This document shows, piece by piece, positions 52,291 through 63,905 of a stretch of DNA of 64,000 bases. Each line of letters opens with the position of its first letter. The first letter of the stretch is position 1. The DNA comes from Eledone cirrhosa (taxonomy: Eukaryota): positions 14,632,001-14,696,000 of the forward strand of contig OZ024760.1 in assembly GCA_964016885.1 (NCBI GenBank). Direction: 5' to 3'. The position numbers were made by a program, and so were the translations under genes. A model generated the notes under the pieces. That model had not been told where the DNA came from and did not search any database. It saw only the letters and a program-made list of their open reading frames with translations.

Positions 52291-53141
52291 AGATGATGAT
52301 AATGATGGTGATGATACTTTCCAGAAAATGCAACCAATTTTTTGAAAGAAAAAAAAAAATCATTTATACAGTACAACAGTAATAGGATCAATCTCTAAAA
52401 CTTTGGAAGAAAACCAAAAATACAAAAAAAGATACTTATTCAAAATTTGATTCTAAAAAATATAAATATAAAAATGGTTCTACTTGGAATTGCCAAATCA
52501 TCATAGACGTATGAACTCCTGGTTTTCTCTTGGATGGTAGTATCTCATTCTTTCTGATTATATACCTCTATATTTTGGTTTATTTCCTTAGTAACTTTTA
52601 ATATTTTCATATATATATAGATCTGTGTATGTGTGTATATAAACATTGATTGCCAAATAAATTAACTATGGAGATATAAAAGATGCAGAAGCGAAAACCA
52701 TCCACTAGTGAGTGTGTTTTGATTACAACAATATGACCCTCCCCAAGTACAACAATATATATATATATATATTGTTGTACTTGTAAATATGTAGATTTGT
52801 GTGCGTATATATATATAATATATATATATATAAAATATAATATATATATATATATATTATATTCCTTTTATACAACTGTGAATAAAGTGTTAAAACATAT
52901 TTATACCAAATATGTACACAACTGAGAAAGTTAATAGACATACGATGATGTACAGTTTATAACATTTAAAAGAAATCTCCAGTATATACTGTATTATATT
53001 AGAAATTCCAGCATTCCTTGCACGCTTCGATCATTTTTGTTATAAATGCATGTGTGTGTTTGTGTAAGAATTATTTATATTTATTGGCAAACGTATCGAT
53101 TATATATGATGTAACTATTTACATAGGTATAGTATTAGATA

Positions 53142-53197
<56 letters not shown>

Positions 53198-53429
53198 ATT
53201 TTTTTGGGGGGGCAAAGTTGATATATTTCGCTGCTGTCTGTTTGATTGTATATGGTGTATATTCTATATATATACGTTGATTATGTATATGTATATATAT
53301 ATATATGTGTGTGTGTGTGTATTAATATACGTCGAGTATTGTGTTGTATTAGTTCCTGAGGGCCAAAGTTAGTTTAAACGCGAACAACATAAATAAAAAA
53401 TGAGAATCGCCAATAAGCTTCGAAAGGAT

Positions 53430-53770
53430 CCACTCTCTCTTTCACTCTCATCTTCTCTCTCTCCTTGTCTCCAATCCTCTCTCTCTCTCTATTTCTCTCT
53501 CAGCCTCTCCCTCTCTTTCTCTCTCTTTCTCTCCCATCCTCTCCCTTTCTCTCTCTTTCTCTCCCATCCTCTCTCTCTCTTTATCTCCCATCCTCTCTCT
53601 CTCTTTCTCTACCATTCTCTCCTATCCTCTCTCTCTAGAATATATTTTTCCCTCTCTCAAACATCTCTCCCTCTCTCCCTCAAATATATATTTCTCTCTC
53701 TCTTTTACTCTTCAATATCTTACTTTCTTTTTCTCTCAAATATCTATATTTTTTTTTCTTTCTTTCTCGC

Positions 53771-53856
<86 letters not shown>

Positions 53857-53865
53857 GCGAACAAC

Positions 53866-53896
<31 letters not shown>

Positions 53897-53900
53897 ACTC
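53430..53900. repeat. (CT)n-rich tract
   Basis: Directly visible. Confidence 0.95.
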
Positions 53901-54025
53901 TTCAACCCCCTCCCTCTCCCCCACCTGTCACGAAAATCTTTCTCATTTTCTTTCTCTCGTTATCTTGCATGTCATTTCCCTCTCTCGCTCTTGTCACCTT
54001 TGATGTCTTAGCAACGCCGCTATTG

Positions 54026-54630
54026 ATATGTATGTGTGTGTGTATGTATGTATGTATGTATGTATGTATGTATGTATGTATGTATGTATGTATGTATGTA
54101 TGTATGTGTGTGTGTATGTATGTGTGTGTGTATGTATGTATGTATGTATGTATGTATGTATGTATGTGTGTGTGTATGTATGTATGTATGTATGTATGTA
54201 TGTATGTATGTATGTATGTGTATGTATGTATGTATGTATGTATGTATGTGTGTATGTATGTATGTATGTATGTATGTATGTATGTATGTATGTATGTGTG
54301 TATGTATGTATGTGTGTATGTATGTATGTATGTATGTATGTGTGTGTGTGTGTGTATGTATGCATGTGTGTATGTATGTATGTATGTGTGTATGTATGTA
54401 TGTGTGTATGTATGTATGTATGTATGTGTGTGTATGTATGTGTGTATGTATGTATGTATGTGTGTATGTATGTGTGTATGTATGTATGTATGTATGTATG
54501 TATGTATGTATGTATGTGTGTATGTGTGTATGTATGTATGTATGTGTATGTATGTATGTATGTGTGTATGTATGTATGTGTGTGTGTATGTATGTGTGTA
54601 TGTGTGTATGTATGTGTGTATGTGTGTATG
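54026..54630. repeat. (TATG)n/(TG)n compound microsatellite, about 600 bp
   Basis: Directly visible; flanks the 3' end of the R4-like element. Confidence 0.97.
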
Positions 54631-57430
54631 TTTTCTCTTTCTCTTAATTTCGAGTATATTTTTTTGACCGGCCACCTTCCTGGTGGCAAGGTTGTAAAAG
54701 AAAAGAAATTGTCATCCCTTGAATCGCAAGAATGTTTTGCATATTTTGAAGGTGCCAGCTATCGCAGCCATTTGTAGACTATGAATTAGGGAGCTGCGCT
54801 TTTTGTCCGCAAATCCAAGTTCGGTCATACTTTGGTCCAAGCGGGTTGGTATATAACCCGTAGCACCAATAATGATGGGTATGAAGCTAAAGGTGTATCT
54901 TGGATACTGGATTTGTAAGCTCCTCATCAATGGTCCGTAGATGTCCTCCTTCTCCTGTATTTTTCTGACAACGTTTACATCAAGTGGGCAGCTGATCTCC
55001 ACAACAGAACACGTTTTCAATGTGTGGTCCCAAACTACAATATCAGGCCGGTTGTGCTTTAATTTGGTGGCAGTTTTTATTTTCAGGTTCCACCAGTATT
55101 CCTTAGTGCCATCTGTCTCAATATATTCTTCCTCGTTTGTTGTTAATTTTGTTTTCCGAAGTGCGTTCCAGATAGTTCTAGCTATCCCATCGTGTCTCAT
55201 GGGGAGGTAGTAGCGAGATGACATTCTTTCGCAGCTGGCAACAATGTGGCTTACATCCTCGATCTTTGTTTTACATAGCCTACATTTATTGTCAGCTGCT
55301 GGCCCTCCTCTTTTGTGCAGCAGATATTTGGTAGGGAGTTCTTGTTCCTGTATTGCATAGAGATATCCCTCAAGGTGTGATGTCATAAACTTGTCGGAAC
55401 TCCATGCCAGGCTTTTTGAGTGGTTTATCCCCTCTATGGTCTGTGTTTTACGCCTCAAGTATCCATGCACAACTTTCTCTGTAAATTGGTCAATTTTTTT
55501 TTCTTGTTTGAACATTGAATAGGATCTTCCGATTTCTCTGGGTGAGAGATTTATATCAGGCTTTATTCCATATCTCTCCTCCAGATCAGTCGCTATTCTA
55601 ATGATATTTCTTTTTTCATGCTCATAAACCTGAGCAAGATGGTCGCCAACCTTTTCCCTCTGTTGAAGGTGTTGCTTCAGTGTTACTATCCGGGTCTCAT
55701 ATGTTGTTAATATTGATTTTAGACCCCGGCCACCTTCCTTGCGTGAGAAGTATAGCCTATCCACATCACCATTGATGTTAAAGTTCCCAGTAACACTGAG
55801 AAGTTTTCGAGTTCTAACATCCATCTCACTTAGTTCTTGCAATGACCAGTTCAGTAGGCCAAATGTTGGCGTTAGAATTGGCACAGCATAGGTATTGTGG
55901 GCAATGTATTTGTTGTATGCTGACAGTTCTGATGACCATATTTTTTTTACTCTTCTGAGGTATTCAGTTCTGGTTCTCTCCTTATTTATGGGTCCATCAT
56001 ATCTGACATTCTCATCCTGTCCAAGATATCTGTAGTTGTCACCTGACTGCAGAGGTTGTATTGTCAGGCCGTTCATATCTAGATTTCTAGAGGAGGGCAC
56101 AGCTCTTCCACGTTTTACTGCCAAATATGCACACTTGGACTCACCAAATTTCATTTTGATGTCGGTTGAAAATTGTGTAATGAGGTCCAATTGTTTCTTG
56201 ATGTCATTGATATTTGGCCCATACAACTTCAGGTCATCAACAAAGAAAAGATGGGAGATACTTCTGGGCCCACTTCTTTGTCCACCTTGTTTCCTGAGTA
56301 GGTAAGATAGTGGATTCAGTGAGAGAACGAAGAGTAGTACTGACAAGCTATCACCCTGAAAGATGCCCTTCTGGTAATGTATCCTATCAGTCTTAACCTG
56401 CTCCTTCTCACCTCTAAGGATCAAATTGGTGTACCAGTTCTTGGTCAGGCGTTCAACAGCAGCTACTAATGGTTGTGGGACTTTAGCTAACTGTAAAGCC
56501 TTAATAATCCACCCATGAGGTACACTATCAAATGCTTTTTGATAGTCCAGCCACACGACAGTCATGTTTCTGCGATTCTTTGTTGTTTTTTCCTGAATCA
56601 TTTTGTTAGTTAGTAGGTGATCTATGCAACCCCACACCTCCCTCTTTCCACCAGCTTGCTCAGGTGTTATGATGTTGTTGGTGGCACAGTGATCCTGTAA
56701 GAACAGGTTAAGGCACCCAGTATATAATTTATACATGATGTTTTGGCAGGCAATTGGGCGGTAATTTTTAGCAAGGGTGGTTTGGCTATTTTTGGGAATG
56801 AGGAGAGTAGTGGCAGTTGATAACCATCTGGGCAGTTCTTGTGTGCCCTTAATGGTTTCTGTAAACAGCCGTATGAGATCTTGCCGATAGAAAGTGAAAT
56901 TCTTCAACCAGTATCCTGTAATGAGGTCTGGGCCTGGCGATTTCCTATTCGACATTTTCTGTAGAGCTGTTTCCAGTATTGACCCATCTATGTCATATTG
57001 TTTTGTCTGGACATGTTGGTAGTAGTCCTGTTCCAGTTGTTTTAGCCAATTAGCTTGTCTGTTGAATCCGTCATCCGTTTCCCATACAGATCTCCAGTAG
57101 TTCTCAACCTGTTCTTTTGAAGGGGTGTCGTTTACAGGGATTGAGCTTTTGCCACCGAAGCTGCGATAAACTGATTTAGGATCTCTGGCAAACAATCTAT
57201 TTAGCACTTGTCGTTTATGGGCTGTTGACTTATATTTTAGTCTTTCTGTTGTAGCTGTGAGTTGTTGTTTCAACTGGTGTAATTTGGAGTTCAAAGTTTT
57301 AAATTTGGTATCTCCAAATCGTCTCTCTAACTTTTTCTTTAGGTCTTCCTGGTGTCGTGTGAAGTTCCTCTCTATGTTGCATTTCATAACGACTGCGATG
57401 TGTGAGATACTTCGTCTCAGGGACAAAATT
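54631..57430 (-). mobile_element. 5'-truncated R4/Dong-like RLE non-LTR retrotransposon inserted in a (TATG)n microsatellite
   Basis: The ORF plus an 80-nt 3' UTR containing the hairpin GCCACC-AGGAA-GGTGGC (54671-54687). Both ends abut (TATG)n arrays directly. Confidence 0.88.
54712..57426 (-). CDS. Retrotransposon polyprotein: reverse transcriptase + CCHC zinc knuckle + restriction-like endonuclease (R4/Dong clade), N-terminally truncated
   Basis: Uninterrupted 904-aa ORF with KSPGPD, NYRPIAC, WLDYQKAFDSVPH, GIFQGDSLS, FVDD, YRYLG, RKEGGRGL, CRLC-x8-H-x4-C, RHD and RPDIVVWD...VVEISCP...EKEDIY. Confidence 0.93.
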   Translation of the reverse strand: MSLRRSISHIAVVMKCNIERNFTRHQEDLKKKLERRFGDTKFKTLNSKLHQLKQQLTATTERLKYKSTAHKRQVLNRLFARDPKSVYRSFGGKSSIPVNDTPSKEQVENYWRSVWETDDGFNRQANWLKQLEQDYYQHVQTKQYDIDGSILETALQKMSNRKSPGPDLITGYWLKNFTFYRQDLIRLFTETIKGTQELPRWLSTATTLLIPKNSQTTLAKNYRPIACQNIMYKLYTGCLNLFLQDHCATNNIITPEQAGGKREVWGCIDHLLTNKMIQEKTTKNRRNMTVVWLDYQKAFDSVPHGWIIKALQLAKVPQPLVAAVERLTKNWYTNLILRGEKEQVKTDRIHYQKGIFQGDSLSVLLFVLSLNPLSYLLRKQGGQRSGPRSISHLFFVDDLKLYGPNINDIKKQLDLITQFSTDIKMKFGESKCAYLAVKRGRAVPSSRNLDMNGLTIQPLQSGDNYRYLGQDENVRYDGPINKERTRTEYLRRVKKIWSSELSAYNKYIAHNTYAVPILTPTFGLLNWSLQELSEMDVRTRKLLSVTGNFNINGDVDRLYFSRKEGGRGLKSILTTYETRIVTLKQHLQQREKVGDHLAQVYEHEKRNIIRIATDLEERYGIKPDINLSPREIGRSYSMFKQEKKIDQFTEKVVHGYLRRKTQTIEGINHSKSLAWSSDKFMTSHLEGYLYAIQEQELPTKYLLHKRGGPAADNKCRLCKTKIEDVSHIVASCERMSSRYYLPMRHDGIARTIWNALRKTKLTTNEEEYIETDGTKEYWWNLKIKTATKLKHNRPDIVVWDHTLKTCSVVEISCPLDVNVVRKIQEKEDIYGPLMRSLQIQYPRYTFSFIPIIIGATGYIPTRLDQSMTELGFADKKRSSLIHSLQMAAIAGTFKICKTFLRFKG

Positions 57431-57510
57431 TATGTATGTATGTATGTATGTATGTATGTATGTATGTATGTATGTATGTATGTATGTATGTATGTATGTA
57501 TGTATGTATG
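57431..57510. repeat. Pure (TATG)20 microsatellite
   Basis: Directly visible between the R4-like element and the RTE-derived element. Confidence 0.97.
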
Positions 57511-58146
57511 TCGGGTCACCAGTTGGTCACCAGTTGGTGCTACTGGTAACATGTATCCCAGTACAACCTGTCTCATGGTCGGGTCGTTGGCGACTAAACT
57601 GGCAACCCCACCAAGGTTTCTTGGTGAGGAGGGTGACTTTGGACATCCTGCAGGACTAAAAACAAGACCTGTCAAAGGGCAAAGGAGCTCTTAAGAGTCA
57701 ATGGCCATCCAAAATCACAGGGAAAGATGACCCCTTAGCCTTTGTCAAGGCAGAATTCTAGGAGAAGGAAAACTCTGATATAACACCTGCAACTCTGATG
57801 GTATCCAATGATGTTGACTTGTTCTTCTTTTTGGTAAATATCATCTTGGTTAAGAGAGTGGGACTGGCTTTGTGCAGTGCCTTTGCTCACTATAAAAGCT
57901 TCACGGCACAGGCATTGCTTTATATCTGGAGATCTCTCTGCACTTGTCATCACATGTACCATGGGCCCAGCACTATATGTCAATAATGGTCACCAGTGGG
58001 GTGTTTGTGCCAGAGTTTTCAAGTCGCTGGCTGGACTAAAAAGTCACACTCGTTCAGCGCATCGGTAGGGGTTCTCCTACATGGATATAAAGTAGTGGCC
58101 GTACTCGAAAACGAGTTGGCAGCCACCATGTATGTATGTATGTATG

Positions 58147-58179
<33 letters not shown>

Positions 58180-58200
58180 GTGTGTATGTGTATATGTATG
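57511..58200 (+). mobile_element. Internally deleted, non-autonomous RTE-clade element with an (ATGT)n tail
   Basis: RTE-type 5' UTR motif ctaggagaaggaaaactctgat near 57758. A decayed terminal C2H2 finger (WGVCARVFKSLAGLKSHTRSAH, about 57995-58065) typical of RTE ORF ends. Short 3' UTR followed by a tandem tail from 58128. Confidence 0.65.
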
Positions 58201-58276
58201 TATGCATGTGTGCATGAATGCGTGTGTGTATGTGTGTATGTATGTATGTATGTATGTACGTACGCATGTATATGTA

Positions 58277-58374
<98 letters not shown>

Positions 58375-58913
58375 CGCACATACATATATATTATATATGT
58401 GTGTATATACATATATGTATGTGTGTATGTGCGTATATATGTATGGTTGTAAAAGGTAAACAGAAATAGCAAAAATAACGACACAGTACATGGAAGGAAT
58501 ATATTATTTTAGCACTTGAAATAGCAAGAAGAGTGTCTTAACGTCTTGGACGTTAGTCCTTCATCAGAAGAAAGAATGAGAAATTAAAGAAGAAATAGAA
58601 AGTTTGAGGGGATGGACAGGGCAGAATCGGGAAAAAGTTTTTTTTAGAGAAAAATAACAGCTTTTTGAACCCTTTTTTATTATCATTTTCTTTATATATA
58701 TCATCATCATTTTATGTCCGCTCTTCCCTGCTTGCAGGGAAGAGCGGACATAAAATGAGGGTCCTATTCAGCATCTCTCCATTCGTCCATATATAATAAT
58801 AACATTAATAAAGATGCTGATGTTACATATATATTTAATTTGTTGGGATACAACAAGCAAATATTTTTATAACTGATATAAAGCACTCAACAAATTTTTG
58901 GAGTAAAAATACA

Positions 58914-59244
58914 ATATATTAACAAATGGAAACTATATTTAAAAAACCATATTTATTTCATTATACATATTTCAAGGACACCAAAGCAAATTATGGTGCG
59001 CTTTCATCAGATAAAATATAATATAGATCAGTTTTATAAACAAATATTGACATACCCTTAAAAGAATGCGACCATCTTCCAACAGACATGGTCACATTCT
59101 TTTAAGGGTATGTCAATATTTGTTTATAAAACTGATCTATATTATATTTTATCTGATGAAAGCGCACCATAATTTGCTTTAGTGTCCTTGAAATATGTAT
59201 AATGAAATAAATATGGTTTTATAAATATAGTTTCCATTTGTTAA

Positions 59245-59250
<6 letters not shown>
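58914..59250. repeat. Long inverted repeat (arms about 160 bp), Penelope-like remnant
   Basis: 58914-59075 versus 59088-59250, near-perfect; contains ctgatgaaag...cttgaaatat. Confidence 0.88.
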
Positions 59251-59333
<83 letters not shown>

Positions 59334-59478
59334 ATACATATATATATATATACAATATACATATATATATATATGTATGTATGTATGTATGTAAAAGGTA
59401 AACAGAAATAACAACACAATCGGTACAGTATATGGAAGGAATATATGGGGTTAATGCTTGAAATAGCAGGAAGAGGGT

Positions 59479-59514
59479 TTTTAACGTTTCGGACGCTAGT
59501 CCTTCATCAGAAGA
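59479..59514 (-). ncRNA. Minimal hammerhead ribozyme (family A, intact core)
   Basis: Minus strand: tctt-CTGATGA-a-ggac-tagc-gtcc-GAAAC-GT-T-aaaa, with palindromic ACGT stem III. Sister copies with core mutations at 58536-58571 and 61397-61432. Confidence 0.65.
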
Positions 59515-59821
59515 AAGAATGAGAAATAAGAGAGATTGAGGGGACGGGAGTGGTGGAATTGGAAAAAATGTCTTTAGGTAAAAATAACAGGTCCATTCAT
59601 GTTGACATCTCTTGCAAAACTGTTGGTGTTGGCGTTTTGTGTATATATGCATGTGTGTTTATATGTAAAATATAAATATGTGTATATGTCTGCATTCATT
59701 AATTCCTTGTATTACCACCACCATCACTGCCGCTGCTGCATCATCATCATCATTACCAACATCATCATCATCATCATCATCGCCATCATCATCATCACCA
59801 TCATCATCGTCATCACCATCA

Positions 59822-62469
59822 TCAGTCTGTTGCTACTGCGTAAACTGCTACTATCACAGCAAGAATCAACTGAATCACTCCGTTGATTGGAAGTAAAATA
59901 TTTTTAAAAGTCCTCAACTGTGAGAAAAAAAAAAAAAGACCATTATATATTAATAGATATTTCGCCTAGTCCAGTTTTAGTTACGTGGAGTGTTCAGGGT
60001 TTTTCCCTACAACAGTTATATACTAACAAAAGAGCCCGTCATTGCTGGGCATACCTTTCGCCACTGTAAATAAAGACACCCCTCTCTCTTCAACAAGGCT
60101 GTCTTTAAATAGTTCAAGAACTCTGCTATTTTAGGGGAGAGAAAGATTTGAACTATATGTTGACATTCTCCAGGAGCTAAATAACCTATGTATCAAATTT
60201 GAATAAAATTGGATGGAAACTATAGAAATGCATCACCTGCATACAGACATACAGACAGACATGTTCGTTTTTATATATATAAATTATATTTAATGCACTA
60301 TTAGTCGTCGTTTTTTTATTTTTAAATGTACTTTTTATCACATAAAATTTGGTGAGGCATAAGCACATTTTAATCCAGAAAATGCAGCCCAGATTAAAAA
60401 AATATTGGGGACAACTGATCTACTGGAATAAAATTAATCATTAGATAATAAACCTGTTGGTATTGTCAAGAGGAACATTGATAACACAAACAAAAACAAG
60501 ATTAACTATTATATAAGTGGTCTGGACATGTTGTCTCTATGGCTGACGAGTGTATCCCTAAGCAACAGCTTTATGGGGAACTTGTTCAGAGAAAAAGAAA
60601 ACACAGGAAGTTAAAAGAAAAGTTTCAAGGATACATTGAAGGAGATCGTTAAGAATGAAAATAATCAAATCCCTTAACCCTTTGGCATTTAAACCAATTG
60701 TATCCAGCCAGAATTCTCTCACCTCTTTCTGTTCAAACCAGCTGTAACTGGACACTCATACTGATGTTAAGGTATGGTTCTCAAAGTAAATAATATCAAA
60801 ATCTCATAGATTCAATATTATGTGAGATAATTACGTGAGGTAAATATGTGAGGTAAAGCCTTTCCCACGAAAATACAAGAGTATATATGTAGAGAAATGT
60901 AAATACCAAAGGGTTAATGCGGCTGAATCCAGCCAGAATTCTCTCACCTATTTCTCTTCAAGCCGGTTGTATTTGGCCAGAATTCTCTCACCTATTTCTA
61001 TTCAAACCAGCTGTAATCGGCTGCTCATAATGATGTTAAGGTATGGTTCTCAAAATAAATAATATCAAAATCTCATAGATTTGCTATTATGTGAGATAAT
61101 TATGTAAGATAAAGCCTTTACCATTAAAATACAATAGTATATATAGAGTAATGTAAATGCTAAAGGGCTAAACTAAAACCAGGAGCGGTTTCAAGCAGTT
61201 TGGTATCAAAAAGGTTGATGTAACTAACCTTGGCGTAACTGTCTTCAAGATCATTGTTGGAATTGTTTAAATATTCTGTGGGAAGAAGAAATATACATAA
61301 TATAAATATGTAAAAGGTAAACAGAAATAACAACACAATCGGTACAGTATATGGAAGGTATATACTAGGTTAACACTTGAAATAGCAGGAAGAGGGTCTT
61401 AACGTTTTGGACGCTAGTCCTTCATCAGAAGAAAGAATGAAAAATAAGATAGATTGAGGTGATGGGCGGGATGGAATTGGAAAAAATGTCTTTAGATAAA
61501 AATAACAGGTCCATTCATGTTAGAGAGAGATAGAGAGAGAGAGTGAGGACGGAGAGAGAAGCCATAATTTCTCAACCAATAACATCATCATCATCTTTAT
61601 CATCATCATCCGCAACAACAACAACACTACCACCAGCACCAAGAATACCCCACCACCAATAACAACAACAAGAACATCAACAATAACACCACCAACATCA
61701 ACAATAACACCAACACCCCCACCACCACCAACAGCAACAACACCAATAACAACAGCAAGAACATCAACAACAACAACAACACCACCAACAACACCAACAC
61801 CCCCTACCACCATCATCACCACCACCACTACCACCAACAACAACGATACCCCCCCCCCCACCAACACCCCCACTACCACCACAACCAGAACCCCCACCCC
61901 CACCAACAACACCACGTGAAGTACTTACTGTTGTTAATAATAAACAGTGTGATGTGCAGCAGAAGCATGAATCCGACATAAAAGCCCATCATACCATTTA
62001 CAAAGTTTAAAGAGGAACTGTTTAGTATATAGGCACCAGTGAATATGGAGGCAACTGAAATATATAAATGAATAAATAAATAAATGGTCTTGGAGCATAG
62101 TAGTATATATAGTGAAGGCGCATGGATTAGTGGTTAGAGCATTGGGTTTGCAATCGAAAGGTTGTTTGTTCAATTCTCGGACGGGGTGATGTGTTGTTTC
62201 CTTGAGCAAGACACTTTATTTCACGTTGCTCCAGTTTACTCAGCTGTAGAAATGAGAGGATAGGACTGGGGTCCCTATCATTAAATCACCCAAGACACCT
62301 CCAATGAGATATACCTTGGAGGAGACTAGCTAAACCTGCATAGGTGTGAGCTGTCACACACACACACACACACTCATTGTTGGAACTGGCAGATAGTCCA
62401 CACATACACACATAACAAGCTTGATGCTCTTTCTCCTCCAAGTGGCTTCTAGTTGAAATCTTTCTTTGT

Positions 62470-62501
<32 letters not shown>

Positions 62502-63359
62502 GTAAAATAACAGAGTAAAGGACTCACATATAATCCTGTAATTAAATGAGCTCAAAGGAAAGAGTTTTCCTGGGCACTTTAAAATATAATATATAGAGTG
62601 GAAAAACAAAGGAAATTCCTGTAAAGGAAAACACACTTGCCTGTGTTTTTCCCCTCTATATATTGTATATATATATAGGGAATGTAATGTCTAGTTACTG
62701 TAAGTTCACCAGAGTGAGCACTCAATGCGTAGTCTGCAGTAGGTGTAGAACTAAGCAGAGTGTAATTATAATAATTGTTTCTACTTTTGGCACAAGGCCA
62801 GCAATTATCCCAGTGCATAACTGGTACTTTATTTTATCGACCCCATAAGGATGAAAGGCAAAGTTAACTTCAGTGGGATTTGAACTCACATCATAAAGGG
62901 CCGTAACTCTATGCTGCAAAGCATGGCGTCCGACCTTCTACCGATACTGCCAATAATAAAAGAGTAATGTAAATGCTAAAGTGTTAAAGTGTGAGGTAAA
63001 GCCTTTACCATGAAAATACAATAGTAAATGGAGAGTAATGTAGATGCTAACGAAAATATAATAGTAAATGTTGAGAATAATTTTGTTTTATGTATTTCAA
63101 GTATTGGTGTATATTGGGTTATAGCAGCATGTTGGTTTTCTAATTCTAAATATGCTTTGTTAGGTTCTGTTCGTGCAGTTACTCAAAGTATTTCTTATGA
63201 AGTGAGGATATCGTTAATTTTTAGGTGGATTATATGCTAAAGGGTAGGAACTAACTCACTTGATAATATTTGACATGTCATTCCAAGGAACCGATGTACT
63301 ATGTTGAAAAATGGTCGCGCTGGAGTATTTTTGTCAGGTCGTAAAATACCAAGAAAGAT
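59822..63359 (-). CDS. 3' part of an FRRS1-like ferric-chelate reductase (cytochrome b561 domain); 5' exons lie beyond the window
   Basis: In-phase GT-AG exons: 63359-63260 ([33 protein letters not shown]), 62054-61929 (IASIFTGAY...[19 protein letters not shown]), 61275-61229 and 59917-59822 ([31 protein letters not shown]). The RP-x5-R-x2-FN-x2-H-x3-G pattern with a heme-ligand His, followed by transmembrane helices, matches the C-terminus of FRRS1/SDR2 proteins. Confidence 0.8.
63082..63222 (+). pseudogene. ND1: NUMT: mitochondrial nad1 fragment
   Basis: With the invertebrate mitochondrial code it reads [47 protein letters not shown], the hallmark ND1 segment ([20 protein letters not shown]) with G>C and A>T decay. 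Confidence 0.92.
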
Positions 63360-63564
63360 CTGGAATAACAAACCACAACCTTTATTTTCATGCAGATTGT
63401 TTTGCTTTGTTTTTTTTAACACTTTAATCATGGAAGGCAGGGCAGTACACATGAGCCTTTTAAGGGCCTCCAAGAAATTCATAAAATTGTAACAAAAATC
63501 CCAATAAAATCATAAGGTCATAATAAAATAATAATAATAATAATAATGGTTTATTTATTTATTT

Positions 63565-63905
63565 TAATAATAATAATTGTTTCTAATGAAGTCATACCAA
63601 AAATCATAGCAGCAAAATTATAAAATCATAATAAAATTGCAACAAAAATCATAACAAAAGTCACAACAAAGTCATAAGAAAGTCATAACAACAATCACAG
63701 CAAAATCATTAAAAAATCACAACAAAAATCATAGCAAACTCATAACAAATATTATAACAAAATCATAAGAAAGTCATAACAACAATCATAACAAAGTCAT
63801 AACAAAAATTATAACAAAATCATTAGAAAGCCATAACAACAATCATAGCAAAGTCATAACAAAAATCTTAAGACAGTCATAAGGAAATCATTAAAAAGTC
63901 ATAAA
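63565..63905. repeat. Degenerate 11-bp tandem repeat (aaaatcataac)
   Basis: Directly visible. Confidence 0.85.

Noticed and set aside
53902-54777. Long HTYI / MYVC ORFs, and similar ORFs at 46197-47151, 48172-48601, 53400, 58019-58484 and 61520
   Set aside because: Microsatellite translations with no coding signal.
62112-62190. tRNA-like sequence (also near 7685, 23668, 38908 and 45074)
   Set aside because: SINE heads: the acceptor stems are incomplete and each continues into the same SINE body.
63028-63240. ORF resembling a functional ND1 gene
   Set aside because: Only a 47-codon fragment with substitutions at conserved residues, embedded in a MITE; it is a NUMT.
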